Below are positions 15,814 to 25,069 of a stretch of DNA of 57,831 nucleotides, in pieces. The notes below the pieces were generated by a model. That model saw nothing but the letters and a program-made list of their open reading frames with translations. It was not told where the DNA came from and ran no database searches. Every line of letters starts with the position of its first letter. Position 1 is the stretch's first letter. The translations under genes were made by a program, and so were the position numbers. This stretch comes from Bacteroidales bacterium. GTDB lineage: Bacteria; Bacteroidota; Bacteroidia; Bacteroidales; WCHB1-69. The stretch covers positions 1 to 57,831 of the forward strand of contig JBBRGJ010000002.1 of assembly GCA_038240835.1 (NCBI GenBank), given 5' to 3'.

Positions 15814-17934
15814 ATGGCAGCAATAGGTAGAATTAGAAAACACTCAGGATTATTACTCGTAATCATCGGACTTGCACTTCTCGCGTTTATCCTAGGAGAT
15901 TTTGTTAGAAAAGGTCAAAGTCATTCAAACGATTTAGCCGTTATCGATGGCGAAAAAATTTCTTGGAATGAGTTTGAAAACAGCTTTAAAGAAGTGGAAG
16001 AGAAATTTAAACAACAATCTGGAAAAGAAAACTTTACTCCTGAAGAAAATTTTCAGATTCGTGAATATGCTTGGAATATGCTACTTCGTGAGTATTTGCT
16101 AGAAAATGAATATTCAAAACTGGGTATCGATGTGACCGAAGAAGAGATGAACGATCTTACAACAGGTAAAAATCCTGATCCAATGATTCGTCAACTTTTT
16201 AGTGATCCAGAAACCGGAGCCTTTAATGCAGCAGCTGTTCAACAATTTATGCAAAATAAAGATCAAGCAAAACCAGAAGAGAGAAGGTTGTTTGATGGCG
16301 TTTTAAAAGATATTAAAACGAACAGATATGCCTCTAAATATAACTATTTGATTGCAAAATCTTACTACCTACCAAAACCATTGGCTAAAAAAATGTACGA
16401 AGATTACTATTCAAATGCATCGTTTAGAGTGGTTCAAGCTAACTATAAATTAATCGATGATAAAACCATTAAATTAACCGACGAAGATTATAAAAAATGG
16501 TACGAAGGTCATAAATATATGTTTGAACAACCAGAAGAGGTGAGAGATTTTGATTACGTTATTTTTGATGTAGTTCCAACTCCTGCCGATTTAGTGGCAC
16601 TTCAAGAAGAGGTTACCAAACTATTTGCCGAATTTAAAGAATCTGCAGATCCTATCTCTTTTGTGAATTCACTTCCAGATACAAAATATGATAGTACATA
16701 TTTCAAAAAAGGAAAACTTCCAATGAGTTTAGATTCTCTTGCTTTTACTACAACCGTTGGTGAATTCCTAGCTCCTGTTGTTGAAAACAATGAGTACTTG
16801 TTTGCAAAAGTATTAGATGTCAGAATGCGTCCCGACTCTGTCAAAGCTAGTCATATTTTGATTCAATATGAAGGAGCTCGTGGTTCTAAAACCAAACGTA
16901 CAAAAGAAGATGCTAAAAAATTGGCTGATAGTATTTTGATTCAATCAAGAATGGCAACCAATCAATTTGCTCAAATCGCACTTAAATTCTCAGAATATCC
17001 AACCGTGAAAAAAGATTCTGGCGACTTAAACTGGATGGCAGATGGCGATGCTAACTACCAACTTTTCTTCGATAGTTTATACATGCTTGTCAACAATGAT
17101 GTTCGTATCGTAGAAACTGGCTTGGGATATCACGTGATGATGGTTACTGGTAAAACAGCTCCAGAAAGAAAAGTACAACTTGCAATTGCTAAAAAAGCCA
17201 TTGAAGCAAGTGAAAAAACAGTTCAAGATATTTACTCATTGGCAAATAAGTTTGCTTCTGAAAACGAAAATACGACCAAATTCAACGAAAGCGTTGTAAA
17301 ACAAGGATTGGCTAAACGTGCTGCGGATAACATCAAAGCAATGGAATACACAATTCCTGGGGTAAAAGATGGTAGAGAAATCGTTCGTTGGGCATTTGAA
17401 GAGAAAATAGAGAAAAACACAGTATCTCAAGTTTTCGACGTTGATGGAAAATACATCATCGCTACCTTAAAAGAGATTAAACCTAAAGGATTTGCTACGT
17501 TAGAACAAGTGAAACCGATGATCGAATCATTGGTAAAACGTGACAAAAAAGCGGAACAACTTATCGAAAAAGTGAAAGCTGCTACTGCTAAATCATCAGA
17601 CCCAAGTATGATTGCTACTCAATTTCAATCTGTTGTTGATACCGTTGCTACTTTCAACTTTGGCGCTTTCAACCTTTACAATTATGGCCCAGAACAAGAT
17701 GTAATTGGTGCTATCTCAGTTATGAAACCGGGTTCAGTATCCAAACCACTTAAAGGAAACATGGGTGTATATGTGGTTTATTACGACCAATATACTCCAG
17801 CTGCTCCAACCACTGATTATAAAATGATCTCCATGCAAATGGCTAATATGTTTGCTCAACGTGTTTCTAACGAATCTTTCAATGCTCTTCAAAAAAACAT
17901 TAAGATTAAAGATTACAGAGTTAAATACTACTAG
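15814..17934 (+). CDS. PpiD/SurA-like periplasmic chaperone with a parvulin PPIase domain
   Basis: The N-terminal anchor MAAIGRIRKHSGLLLVIIGLALLAFILGDF is typical of PpiD. A parvulin block ASHILIQ...GDLNWM...GYHVMMV is present. I used the ATG at 15814 because the 15781 start is a TTG. Confidence 0.8.
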   Translation: MAAIGRIRKHSGLLLVIIGLALLAFILGDFVRKGQSHSNDLAVIDGEKISWNEFENSFKEVEEKFKQQSGKENFTPEENFQIREYAWNMLLREYLLENEYSKLGIDVTEEEMNDLTTGKNPDPMIRQLFSDPETGAFNAAAVQQFMQNKDQAKPEERRLFDGVLKDIKTNRYASKYNYLIAKSYYLPKPLAKKMYEDYYSNASFRVVQANYKLIDDKTIKLTDEDYKKWYEGHKYMFEQPEEVRDFDYVIFDVVPTPADLVALQEEVTKLFAEFKESADPISFVNSLPDTKYDSTYFKKGKLPMSLDSLAFTTTVGEFLAPVVENNEYLFAKVLDVRMRPDSVKASHILIQYEGARGSKTKRTKEDAKKLADSILIQSRMATNQFAQIALKFSEYPTVKKDSGDLNWMADGDANYQLFFDSLYMLVNNDVRIVETGLGYHVMMVTGKTAPERKVQLAIAKKAIEASEKTVQDIYSLANKFASENENTTKFNESVVKQGLAKRAADNIKAMEYTIPGVKDGREIVRWAFEEKIEKNTVSQVFDVDGKYIIATLKEIKPKGFATLEQVKPMIESLVKRDKKAEQLIEKVKAATAKSSDPSMIATQFQSVVDTVATFNFGAFNLYNYGPEQDVIGAISVMKPGSVSKPLKGNMGVYVVYYDQYTPAAPTTDYKMISMQMANMFAQRVSNESFNALQKNIKIKDYRVKYY

Positions 17935-17954
17935 ACCAATTTCTAAAATACTAA

Positions 17955-17989
17955 AAGCTGTCAAAAAACATTTTGACAGCTTTTTTTTT
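17955..17989 (+). terminator. Intrinsic terminator of the ppiD-like gene
   Basis: The hairpin GCTGTCAAAA-aaca-TTTTGACAGC is followed by T9. Confidence 0.8.
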
Positions 17990-18142
17990 ACCCACCTATT
18001 CTCCCTAATATTTTTATTTTGTCTCATTGACGATGCTACAATCATTTATTTTAATTAATTTAGCAGTGCCAAAGGTTGTATTCATTGGTCAAGGTAAACC
18101 ATAAGTCCAAACCGAAATTAATAATGTTTAAAAGAAACTGAT

Positions 18143-19486
18143 ATGAAAAAAATACTTATTTCTCTATTGCTAATTATTTGCAGCTTCGGTTTGTTTGCTC
18201 AAACTCCTGTGACAGAGTATTGGAGTAATAAAAATAAAAAATCAGAAGGATTTACAAAAGAAGCCAAAAAAGAGGGTAATTGGATTTATTGGTATCAAAA
18301 CTCTAAAAAATGGTCGGAAGGCTCTTTTAAAAACGATGAGCAAACAGGCAATTGGATCTATTGGTTCGAAAATGGTCAGAAACAAGCTGAGTATTCCGTT
18401 GAAAATGGAAAATATACAGCTTGGTTCGAGAATGGCAGAGTCGAATCAGAAGGTGATATAGTCAACAAACAACGCTCCGGTAAATGGTTATTTTCTCACC
18501 CAAATGGTCAACTGAAAAGAGAATGCACTTATGTTAATGGAAGTTTAGAAGGTTCGTTTAAAGAGTTTCACAACAATGGAAAACTTGCTCAACAAGGAAC
18601 GTATGTTGGGGGAAAACTAAATGGAGCTTCTACTTGGTGGGACGAAAATGGGGTAAAAGAAATTGACGGTTTTTTGGTAGATGATATGCAAGACAGTGTG
18701 TGGATTTATTACCATCCTAACGGAAAAGTTGCTAGTACCGGACCTTTTGTCCAAGATCAATTGCAAGGTGAGTGGAAATATTATTACGAAAACGGTCAGC
18801 TGTGGAAAAAAGGAAATTACGCAGAAGGGAAAAGATCTGGAAAATGGACAGCTTGGTTCGAAGATGGTAAAAAACAACGCGAAGGTTCATTTAAAGAGGA
18901 TCGGGAAGATGGGTTCTGGCAAATGTGGTACAAGAATGGAATTTTGGAAGACGAAGGCCACTTTGCAAATGGATTGATGGATAAAACATGGAAAGGATAC
19001 TATTACTCTGGAGCCCCTAAATATATCAATAACTATTTGCTTGGAGCAAAAAATGGTTCTTCAACGTATTGGTTTCAAAATCAAAAATTGATGACCAAAG
19101 GTTCTTACAAAGATGATCTTAAGGATGGAAAATGGTCCAGATGGTCAGAAAATGGGAAAAAATTGGAAGAGGGTTCTTATAAAAAGAACAAGAAAGAGGG
19201 AATGTTTACTTTTTATGATAAATATGGTGGAAAAAACAAAGTCCAAGAGTTTAAAAATGACCGCCCCGAAGGTAGATGGATTGAATATTATCCAAATGGA
19301 AAGAAATTAGCCGAAGGAAATTTTGTCAATAGAATTAAAGAAGGAGTTTGGACTAGTTGGTCAGATAATGGTAAAATAACATTACAAGTAGAGTATAAAA
19401 ATGGGTTAAAAGTGAGAACTCGCAAAGAGGCTAAACCAAAAATGGATCAAAAAAATCCAAATAAAACAGTTGCACCTACATTTTAA
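18143..19486 (+). CDS. Secreted MORN-repeat-variant protein (family often annotated as YwqK antitoxin-like)
   Basis: The signal peptide ends FA|Q. At least 15 repeats of the form GxWxxWYENGQKxxEGxY/F follow (MORN_2 type). Confidence 0.75.
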   Translation: MKKILISLLLIICSFGLFAQTPVTEYWSNKNKKSEGFTKEAKKEGNWIYWYQNSKKWSEGSFKNDEQTGNWIYWFENGQKQAEYSVENGKYTAWFENGRVESEGDIVNKQRSGKWLFSHPNGQLKRECTYVNGSLEGSFKEFHNNGKLAQQGTYVGGKLNGASTWWDENGVKEIDGFLVDDMQDSVWIYYHPNGKVASTGPFVQDQLQGEWKYYYENGQLWKKGNYAEGKRSGKWTAWFEDGKKQREGSFKEDREDGFWQMWYKNGILEDEGHFANGLMDKTWKGYYYSGAPKYINNYLLGAKNGSSTYWFQNQKLMTKGSYKDDLKDGKWSRWSENGKKLEEGSYKKNKKEGMFTFYDKYGGKNKVQEFKNDRPEGRWIEYYPNGKKLAEGNFVNRIKEGVWTSWSDNGKITLQVEYKNGLKVRTRKEAKPKMDQKNPNKTVAPTF

Positions 19487-19498
19487 ACTTTAGAATTG

Positions 19499-20596
19499 AT
19501 GACGAACCATTCTTTAAATTATAAATCTGCACTCAAAGTTCAGGAAGGTATTGAAAAGCCATCTTCTGTGAACCCAAATTTCGTCCGCCAACGGACAATG
19601 AAAAAAGAGCTTTCCGTGGAGGAGTATGTTGACGGTATTGTTGCTGGAAATCGTGTAATCCTGAGTCAAGCTATTACGCTGATCGAAAGCTCGTTGACCT
19701 CTCACTTTGAAATGGCTCAAAAAATAATTACCAAATGTATTCCCATTGCCGGAAAATCTATCCGAATTGGAATTACAGGTGTCCCGGGTGTTGGAAAAAG
19801 TACGTTTATCGAAGCATTTGGGAAAACACTTACTAGTCAGGGACATAAGATTGCTGTTTTGGCCATTGATCCAAGCAGCGAGCGCTCCAAAGGCAGCATC
19901 TTGGGTGATAAAACGAGAATGGAAGAATTGGCAATCGATCACAATGCATTTATTCGTCCATCTCCCTCGGCAGGTTCGCTGGGTGGCGTTGCTCGAAAAA
20001 CAAGAGAGTCCATCATTTTGTGTGAAGCAGCAGGTTTTGATCGGATTATTGTTGAAACAGTAGGAGTGGGGCAGTCGGAAACTTCGGTCCATTCGATGGT
20101 TGACTTCTTTCTACTCTTAATGCTCTCTGGTGCTGGCGACGAATTGCAAGGAATTAAACGAGGAATTATGGAAATGGCCGATACATTGGTCATCAATAAA
20201 GCGGATGGAGATAATATACAAAAAGCAAACTTGGCAAAAGCTCAGTATACTTCAGCCTTGCATCTTTTTCCTCCTTCTGCCTCTAAGTGGTCTCCTCAAG
20301 CGCTCACTTGTTCTTCATATACAAAAGCAGGGATCGATGATATTGTAAATACAATTGATCAATATGTGGCGTTGACCAAAGAGAATGGTTTTTTTGAAAA
20401 CAATAGAATGGAACAAGCTAAGTACACTTTGCACGAGTCCATCAATAATTCGATGTTAGAACTTTTTCATTCGGATTCCACAGTGTTGAGTAAAATTAAT
20501 ACCTTTGAAAAAGAGGTAGTTGAAGGGAAAAAGAGTCCTTATGTTGTTGGAAATGAATTAATAGAACTTTTTTTGAATAATTTAAAGAATAAATGA
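19499..20596 (+). CDS. meaB: Methylmalonyl-CoA mutase-associated G-protein chaperone
   Basis: It has the P-loop GITGVPGVGKST, the motifs ETVGVGQSE and INKADGD (NKxD), and a conserved-looking N-terminal QEGIEKPSSVNP. Confidence 0.85.
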   Translation: MTNHSLNYKSALKVQEGIEKPSSVNPNFVRQRTMKKELSVEEYVDGIVAGNRVILSQAITLIESSLTSHFEMAQKIITKCIPIAGKSIRIGITGVPGVGKSTFIEAFGKTLTSQGHKIAVLAIDPSSERSKGSILGDKTRMEELAIDHNAFIRPSPSAGSLGGVARKTRESIILCEAAGFDRIIVETVGVGQSETSVHSMVDFFLLLMLSGAGDELQGIKRGIMEMADTLVINKADGDNIQKANLAKAQYTSALHLFPPSASKWSPQALTCSSYTKAGIDDIVNTIDQYVALTKENGFFENNRMEQAKYTLHESINNSMLELFHSDSTVLSKINTFEKEVVEGKKSPYVVGNELIELFLNNLKNK

Positions 20597-20979
20597 AAAA
20601 AACAATCGCTGATAGTTACATCTCACCATTACATGCTTTCGAACTTTATAAAAATGGTGCCATTGTGGTAGATGTTAGAGAAGAATTTGAGTTCGCAGAT
20701 AAAGGTATTTCAGGCGATAGAGTATTCAACTTCCCTATTGGGTCGTTTGAAGAATTATGTTTGCAAATCCCTGCGCACACCGAAGTTATTATTGTTTGTG
20801 TGGTGGGTTTGTGCTCCGAAAAAGCAGCGCAAATATTGATTTCGAAAAAATTCAAGAAAGTTCATATCGTTCAAGGTGGCATATTAGCATGGTCGGATGA
20901 AGGTTTGCCAATGTACACAAATCCACAGAAATTACCCGATGAACTTTCAGAACATCGATGTACATGTGGAAATAAATAA
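20593..20979 (+). CDS. Rhodanese-like domain protein
   Basis: The 128-aa product has the single-domain rhodanese layout, with an active-site-loop-like IIVCVVGLCSEKAAQ and GGILAW. Its start overlaps the meaB stop (ATGA). Confidence 0.65.
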   Translation: MKKTIADSYISPLHAFELYKNGAIVVDVREEFEFADKGISGDRVFNFPIGSFEELCLQIPAHTEVIIVCVVGLCSEKAAQILISKKFKKVHIVQGGILAWSDEGLPMYTNPQKLPDELSEHRCTCGNK

Positions 20980-21146
20980 ATTTTCAAAACACAGAATTAT
21001 TTCTTATATGCTTTTAAAGCACTAAAAATCTGAACTTTAGATTTTATTAGTTTGTAATTAATGCGAAAAGTATTACCTAAAGAAATGTTTTGGTTCGGTA
21101 TTTGTAATGCCTGATACCCAATATTAACAATTTAAAAATTTGAGTC

Positions 21147-22406
21147 ATGAAACGTTTATCAATCATCGTTATTGCATTCATACTTGCAATAGGAGTATCC
21201 GCAAAAGCTCAGGACGTAGCATCAATTAAAGCTGACAGTACTGGCCTTCCAGGCGATAATTTTAGTCTCCCTGGAGCTTTAGAAATGTTTAAAGCTGCGA
21301 AAAATATTGAAGATTTTGAAAAATCACTTAACGTAGAAAATAATCGCGTAAACAATCTTGACTTGAATCAAGACGGCAAAATTGATTATATAAGAGTGGT
21401 TGACAATGCGAAAAATAATGCTCACGCATTGGTTCTTCAAGTTCCAGTTTCTAAAACTGAATTTCAAGACATCGCAGTCATAGAAATCGAAAAACAAGGA
21501 GACAACCAAGTCTCTGTTCAAATTGTTGGGGACGAAGATATTTATGGTGAAAATGTAATTTACGAACCTCTTAACGAGAAACAAGTTGAAAAAGAAAATT
21601 CAAAAGGTGGACCTTTCGCAAATTATTACTCTGCAAATATATGGTTCAATGCATGGTACTGGCCAAGTGTTCAATACATGTATGCTCCTGTATACGTAGT
21701 GTGGGTTTCTCCTTGGTATTGGGATTATTATCCACGTTGGTGGAGTCCTTGGTATCCTTATTCATATTATAATTATTACGGATATTCTTACCATTATCAT
21801 AATTACTACCATCACTCTTATAATCACTACGGACACAATGCTTACAATGCATACAGACACAATAGAAGAACTTCTCCTCAAGTGGTAAACAGACATAGAG
21901 ACAACTTAGCAAACTACAGAAATTCTCAAGGCAACAGCCGACGTGATAACATTGCAAACAGTCCTAGAAACTCGAATACCGAAAGAAATGGAAGAGTGGA
22001 TAACGCAAGAGGTGGAAACAATCCTTCAAGAAGTGGAAACAACCCTAATTATAGCAAACCTAGAAATGAGAACAACAATGTTTCTAGAGAAAATCCAAAC
22101 AATTCTAATGGCAGATCAAATGGAAACATAAATAGCAGATCAAACTCAACAGAATCTAATGGCAAAGTGAACAACAGATCAAACTCAAGAGAATCGAATG
22201 GCAATGTAAATAACAAATCAAATTCAAGAGAATCTAATGGTAACGTAAACAGCCGTTCAAATGGAGGAAATTCTAACGGAAAAGTAAACAACAGACCAAG
22301 CAGAAATCAAGGAAATGGATCCGTGGGTCGCGGTTCGGGAAACACTCCTAGTCGTCCTTCAAGCGGAAACTCTTCAAAAGCACCTCGTTCAACAGGTAGA
22401 AGATAA
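21147..22406 (+). CDS. Secreted hypothetical protein with a Trp/Tyr/His-rich block and Asn/Ser/Arg tandem repeats
   Basis: The signal peptide ends KA|Q. It is followed by a globular N-domain of about 140 aa, an aromatic block of about 73 aa (WYWPSVQYMY...YYHHSYNHYGH), and a disordered tail with 13-aa repeats RSNSxESNGxVNN. A terminator lies at 22441-22479. Confidence 0.6.
   Translation: MKRLSIIVIAFILAIGVSAKAQDVASIKADSTGLPGDNFSLPGALEMFKAAKNIEDFEKSLNVENNRVNNLDLNQDGKIDYIRVVDNAKNNAHALVLQVPVSKTEFQDIAVIEIEKQGDNQVSVQIVGDEDIYGENVIYEPLNEKQVEKENSKGGPFANYYSANIWFNAWYWPSVQYMYAPVYVVWVSPWYWDYYPRWWSPWYPYSYYNYYGYSYHYHNYYHHSYNHYGHNAYNAYRHNRRTSPQVVNRHRDNLANYRNSQGNSRRDNIANSPRNSNTERNGRVDNARGGNNPSRSGNNPNYSKPRNENNNVSRENPNNSNGRSNGNINSRSNSTESNGKVNNRSNSRESNGNVNNKSNSRESNGNVNSRSNGGNSNGKVNNRPSRNQGNGSVGRGSGNTPSRPSSGNSSKAPRSTGRR
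22113..22331 (+). repeat. In-frame 39-bp tandem repeat (about 5 units) inside the 21147-22406 CDS
   Basis: Units start at 22137, 22176, 22215 and 22254. Each encodes R/K-S-N-S/G-x-E/N-S-N-G-K/N-V-N-N/S. Degenerate units flank them. Confidence 0.8.
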
Positions 22407-22440
22407 TCGCTCAATTGCTAAAAATAAAGTTTTAATTTCC

Positions 22441-22479
22441 AAAGTTTCGCCGAATATAGTTCGGCGAAACTTTTTTTTT
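22441..22479 (+). terminator. Intrinsic terminator of the 21147-22406 gene
   Basis: The hairpin AAAGTTTCGCCGAA-tatag-TTCGGCGAAACTTT is followed by a T-run. Confidence 0.8.
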
Positions 22480-22758
22480 GACTAAGTCTTTAAATGGAAG
22501 TTTTTTAAGGATAACTCATTGGTTTTGTTATAGTTAGATGTCGATGATGTGGAAAACGACTTTCTGTAAAGCGTTGATTTGTAATTATTTATTTATAATA
22601 GGATTGATTGGATTTAAATTCTACTGTTTTGGGATAATAGATTGATTTAACTTTTTTTCACAATCCTCAATTCTCTAATTATCTCATAGTTATGAATTTT
22701 TGCAGAGATATTGTTCAATGAAAAAATAAAAAAGAGGGATAATGATAGAATTAATGAA

Positions 22759-22766
22759 TAATTTTG
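22759..22766 (+). promoter_or_regulatory. Bacteroidota -7 box upstream of the carboxyltransferase gene
   Basis: TAATTTTG lies 42 nt upstream of the ATG at 22808. Confidence 0.4.
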
Positions 22767-22807
22767 TACAGTATCGGAAAAATTGTTTTTAACTAATAAA
22801 TGAAAAT

Positions 22808-24355
22808 ATGTCATTAAGACAAAAGTCAATTGATTTAAAAAAACGGATGCAAGGTGCTCTTGAAGGAGGCGGAACCAAAGCGGTAGAGAAACAAAAAGCT
22901 GGGGGAAAACTTACCGCTCGTGAGCGTATTACTTCAATATTAGATCCTAGTTCATTCCACGAATATGATATGTTTGTTGAACATGCAGGTAAAGATTTCG
23001 ACATGGACAAGAAATATCTTCCTGGTGATGGAGTCGTTACAGGTACTGGAACTATCAATGGTTACCCTGTTTGTATTTATGCTCAGGATTTCACCGTTGC
23101 AGGCGGATCGCTAGGATATATGCATGCTAAGAAGATTTGCAAAATCATGGATCATGCGATGAAACTAAAAGTTCCAATCATTGGAATTAATGATTCTGGT
23201 GGAGCTAGAATTCAAGAAGGCGTAAATGCATTGGCTGGTTATGGTGATATTTTTTACAGAAATACACATGCTTCTGGCGTAATTCCTCAAATTTCGGTTA
23301 TCTTAGGACCTTGTGCTGGTGGAGCTGTTTATTCTCCTGCGCTTACTGACTTTGTGTTTGTGGTGGACAATATCTCTAAAATGTTTATCACCGGCCCAGA
23401 AGTGATTAAAACGGTGCTTGGTGAAGAGATTTCTCAAGAGGATTTGGGCGGCGCTAGAGTTCATGCTGAGATTTCTGGGAATGCTCATTTCTTTGCAAAA
23501 AGTGAAGCACAGTGTTTTGAGCAAATCAAGAGCTTAGTGAGCTATATTCCTTGGAATAATGCCAAAAAAGCAGAACCGTTTTTACCTCAAGGTCCAAAGG
23601 TGAAAGAGTACAAAATAAATTCTATTTTTCCTACGAATCCTACAGAACCTTACGATGTTAGAAATATTATTAAATCGATTGTAGATAATTCTGACTTCTT
23701 AGAAGTGCAAGAGTTGTTTGCAAAAAACATTGTTGTTGGATTTGCTCGTATTAGTGGCGAAACCATCGGAGTAGTTGCCAATCAGCCATTCTACATGTCT
23801 GGTGTGCTTGATTGTGATTCGTCAGATAAAGCAGCTCGCTTTGTTCGATATTGTGATGCGTTTAATATTCCGCTGGTTACATTGGTGGATTTGCCAGGTT
23901 ATTTGCCAGGGATTGATCAAGAACATGCAGGTGTTATCCGTCATGGGGCCAAATTGTTATATGCATTTTCGGAAGCTACAGTGCCTAAGATTACAGTAAT
24001 TCTTCGTAAAGCATACGGTGGCGGTTATATCGCAATGTGTTCTCATCACTTAAAAGCAGATTTTGTTTTTGCTTGGCCATCTGCCGAAATTGCGGTTATG
24101 GGACCAGAAGGTGCTGCTAACATTATTTTTAGAAGCGAGATTCTTGCAGCGGAAAATCCAGAAGAGTTACGCCAACAAAAAATTGTTGAATACAAAGAAA
24201 AATTTGCGAACCCATATGTGGCTGCCGCTTACGGATATGTGGATGCTGTAATTAACTCAAGCGAAACTAGAGAGTATGTTACTCATGCTTTGCAAATATC
24301 TAAAAGTAAAGAGGTGCTATTGCCATACAAAAAACATGGAATTGCTCCGTTTTAG
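22808..24355 (+). CDS. Acyl-CoA carboxylase beta subunit / methylmalonyl-CoA carboxyltransferase
   Basis: The 515-aa product has the carboxyltransferase motifs DFTVAGGSLG, NDSGGARIQEG and AYGGGYIAM, typical of PccB/12S. Confidence 0.9.
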   Translation: MSLRQKSIDLKKRMQGALEGGGTKAVEKQKAGGKLTARERITSILDPSSFHEYDMFVEHAGKDFDMDKKYLPGDGVVTGTGTINGYPVCIYAQDFTVAGGSLGYMHAKKICKIMDHAMKLKVPIIGINDSGGARIQEGVNALAGYGDIFYRNTHASGVIPQISVILGPCAGGAVYSPALTDFVFVVDNISKMFITGPEVIKTVLGEEISQEDLGGARVHAEISGNAHFFAKSEAQCFEQIKSLVSYIPWNNAKKAEPFLPQGPKVKEYKINSIFPTNPTEPYDVRNIIKSIVDNSDFLEVQELFAKNIVVGFARISGETIGVVANQPFYMSGVLDCDSSDKAARFVRYCDAFNIPLVTLVDLPGYLPGIDQEHAGVIRHGAKLLYAFSEATVPKITVILRKAYGGGYIAMCSHHLKADFVFAWPSAEIAVMGPEGAANIIFRSEILAAENPEELRQQKIVEYKEKFANPYVAAAYGYVDAVINSSETREYVTHALQISKSKEVLLPYKKHGIAPF

Positions 24356-24396
24356 TGAATTTGAGCATTTTGTATTAATCAAAAAAAAATAAAATT

Positions 24397-24654
24397 ATGG
24401 CAATCTCAAAAGTGTATAAAAAGATATATATATCAATTCCTGCCGGTGAAGTTTATCCATTTATCCCAGGTACGGTTTTAAAGTATTATGTAAAAGAAGG
24501 CGATGTTGTTCAACAAGGCGATAAAATCTTTGTTTTACAAGCAATGAAAATGGATAATGAAGTTCTATCTCCAATTAGCGGTACGGTTGTTAAAATCAAC
24601 GCAAAAGAAGGCGCTAGAGTGAGTAAAAATGATCCAATCATTGTGATTGAATAA
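24397..24654 (+). CDS. Biotin carboxyl carrier (biotinyl-domain) protein
   Basis: The 85-aa product has the biotinylation motif LQAMKMDNEV (A-M-K-M) in a biotin/lipoyl-attachment fold. It lies directly downstream of the carboxyltransferase gene. Confidence 0.8.
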   Translation: MAISKVYKKIYISIPAGEVYPFIPGTVLKYYVKEGDVVQQGDKIFVLQAMKMDNEVLSPISGTVVKINAKEGARVSKNDPIIVIE

Positions 24655-24673
24655 TCTTTTTGCTAAAATATTA

Positions 24674-24710
24674 AACGTCCTTTTTCGCTTTCGAAAAAGG
24701 ACGTTTTTTT
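24674..24710 (+). terminator. Intrinsic terminator of the carboxyltransferase/biotin-carrier operon
   Basis: The 14-bp stem is AACGTCCTTTTTCG / CGAAAAAGGACGTT, followed by TTTTT. Confidence 0.85.
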
Positions 24711-24752
24711 ATGGAGTTATCTGGAAATCGCTTTTTTATGAGTCGATTTAGG

Positions 24753-24792
24753 ATAAAAAAAAGTGCTTTTAACAGAAGAGTTAAAAGCACTT
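24753..24792 (-). terminator. Minus-strand intrinsic terminator about 280 nt downstream of the rlpA-like gene
   Basis: The 12-bp stem is AAGTGCTTTTAA / TTAAAAGCACTT. On the minus strand it is followed by T8. Confidence 0.6.
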
Positions 24793-25069
24793 GTCCCCCA
24801 GAAATCACCCTATTATGTTGATAAACAACAATAATATTTTTAATACTATAAAAATAGTTTTTTAGTAATGTCTGTTCTTTAGACCCCTCTCAAAAGTCAA
24901 AAGTTGTATGAGGTTGATCTTTTTTTTAAAATTTGTTGTGAAAATTTGTGGGATAAATGTCTATTTGTTTGAAATATAGTTAGTTGGGTTTTAGAAATAA
25001 TGATTTGGGTTTTTGAAGGTAATGCATGTCACTTTCTTCAATTGTAGCTTTTGGGTTTATTTTGAGCCA

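Noticed and set aside
19514-20092. A 192-aa minus-strand ORF, plus the 19746-20063, 19939-20196 and 20130-20348 ORFs, overlapping meaB.
   Set aside because: They are entirely antisense or out of frame within a gene carrying unmistakable P-loop and NKxD motifs. Their translations are low-complexity with no motifs.
22049-22291. An 80-aa minus-strand ORF with FDLLFTLPLDS repeats.
   Set aside because: It is the antisense reading of the 39-bp coding tandem repeat in the 21147-22406 gene.
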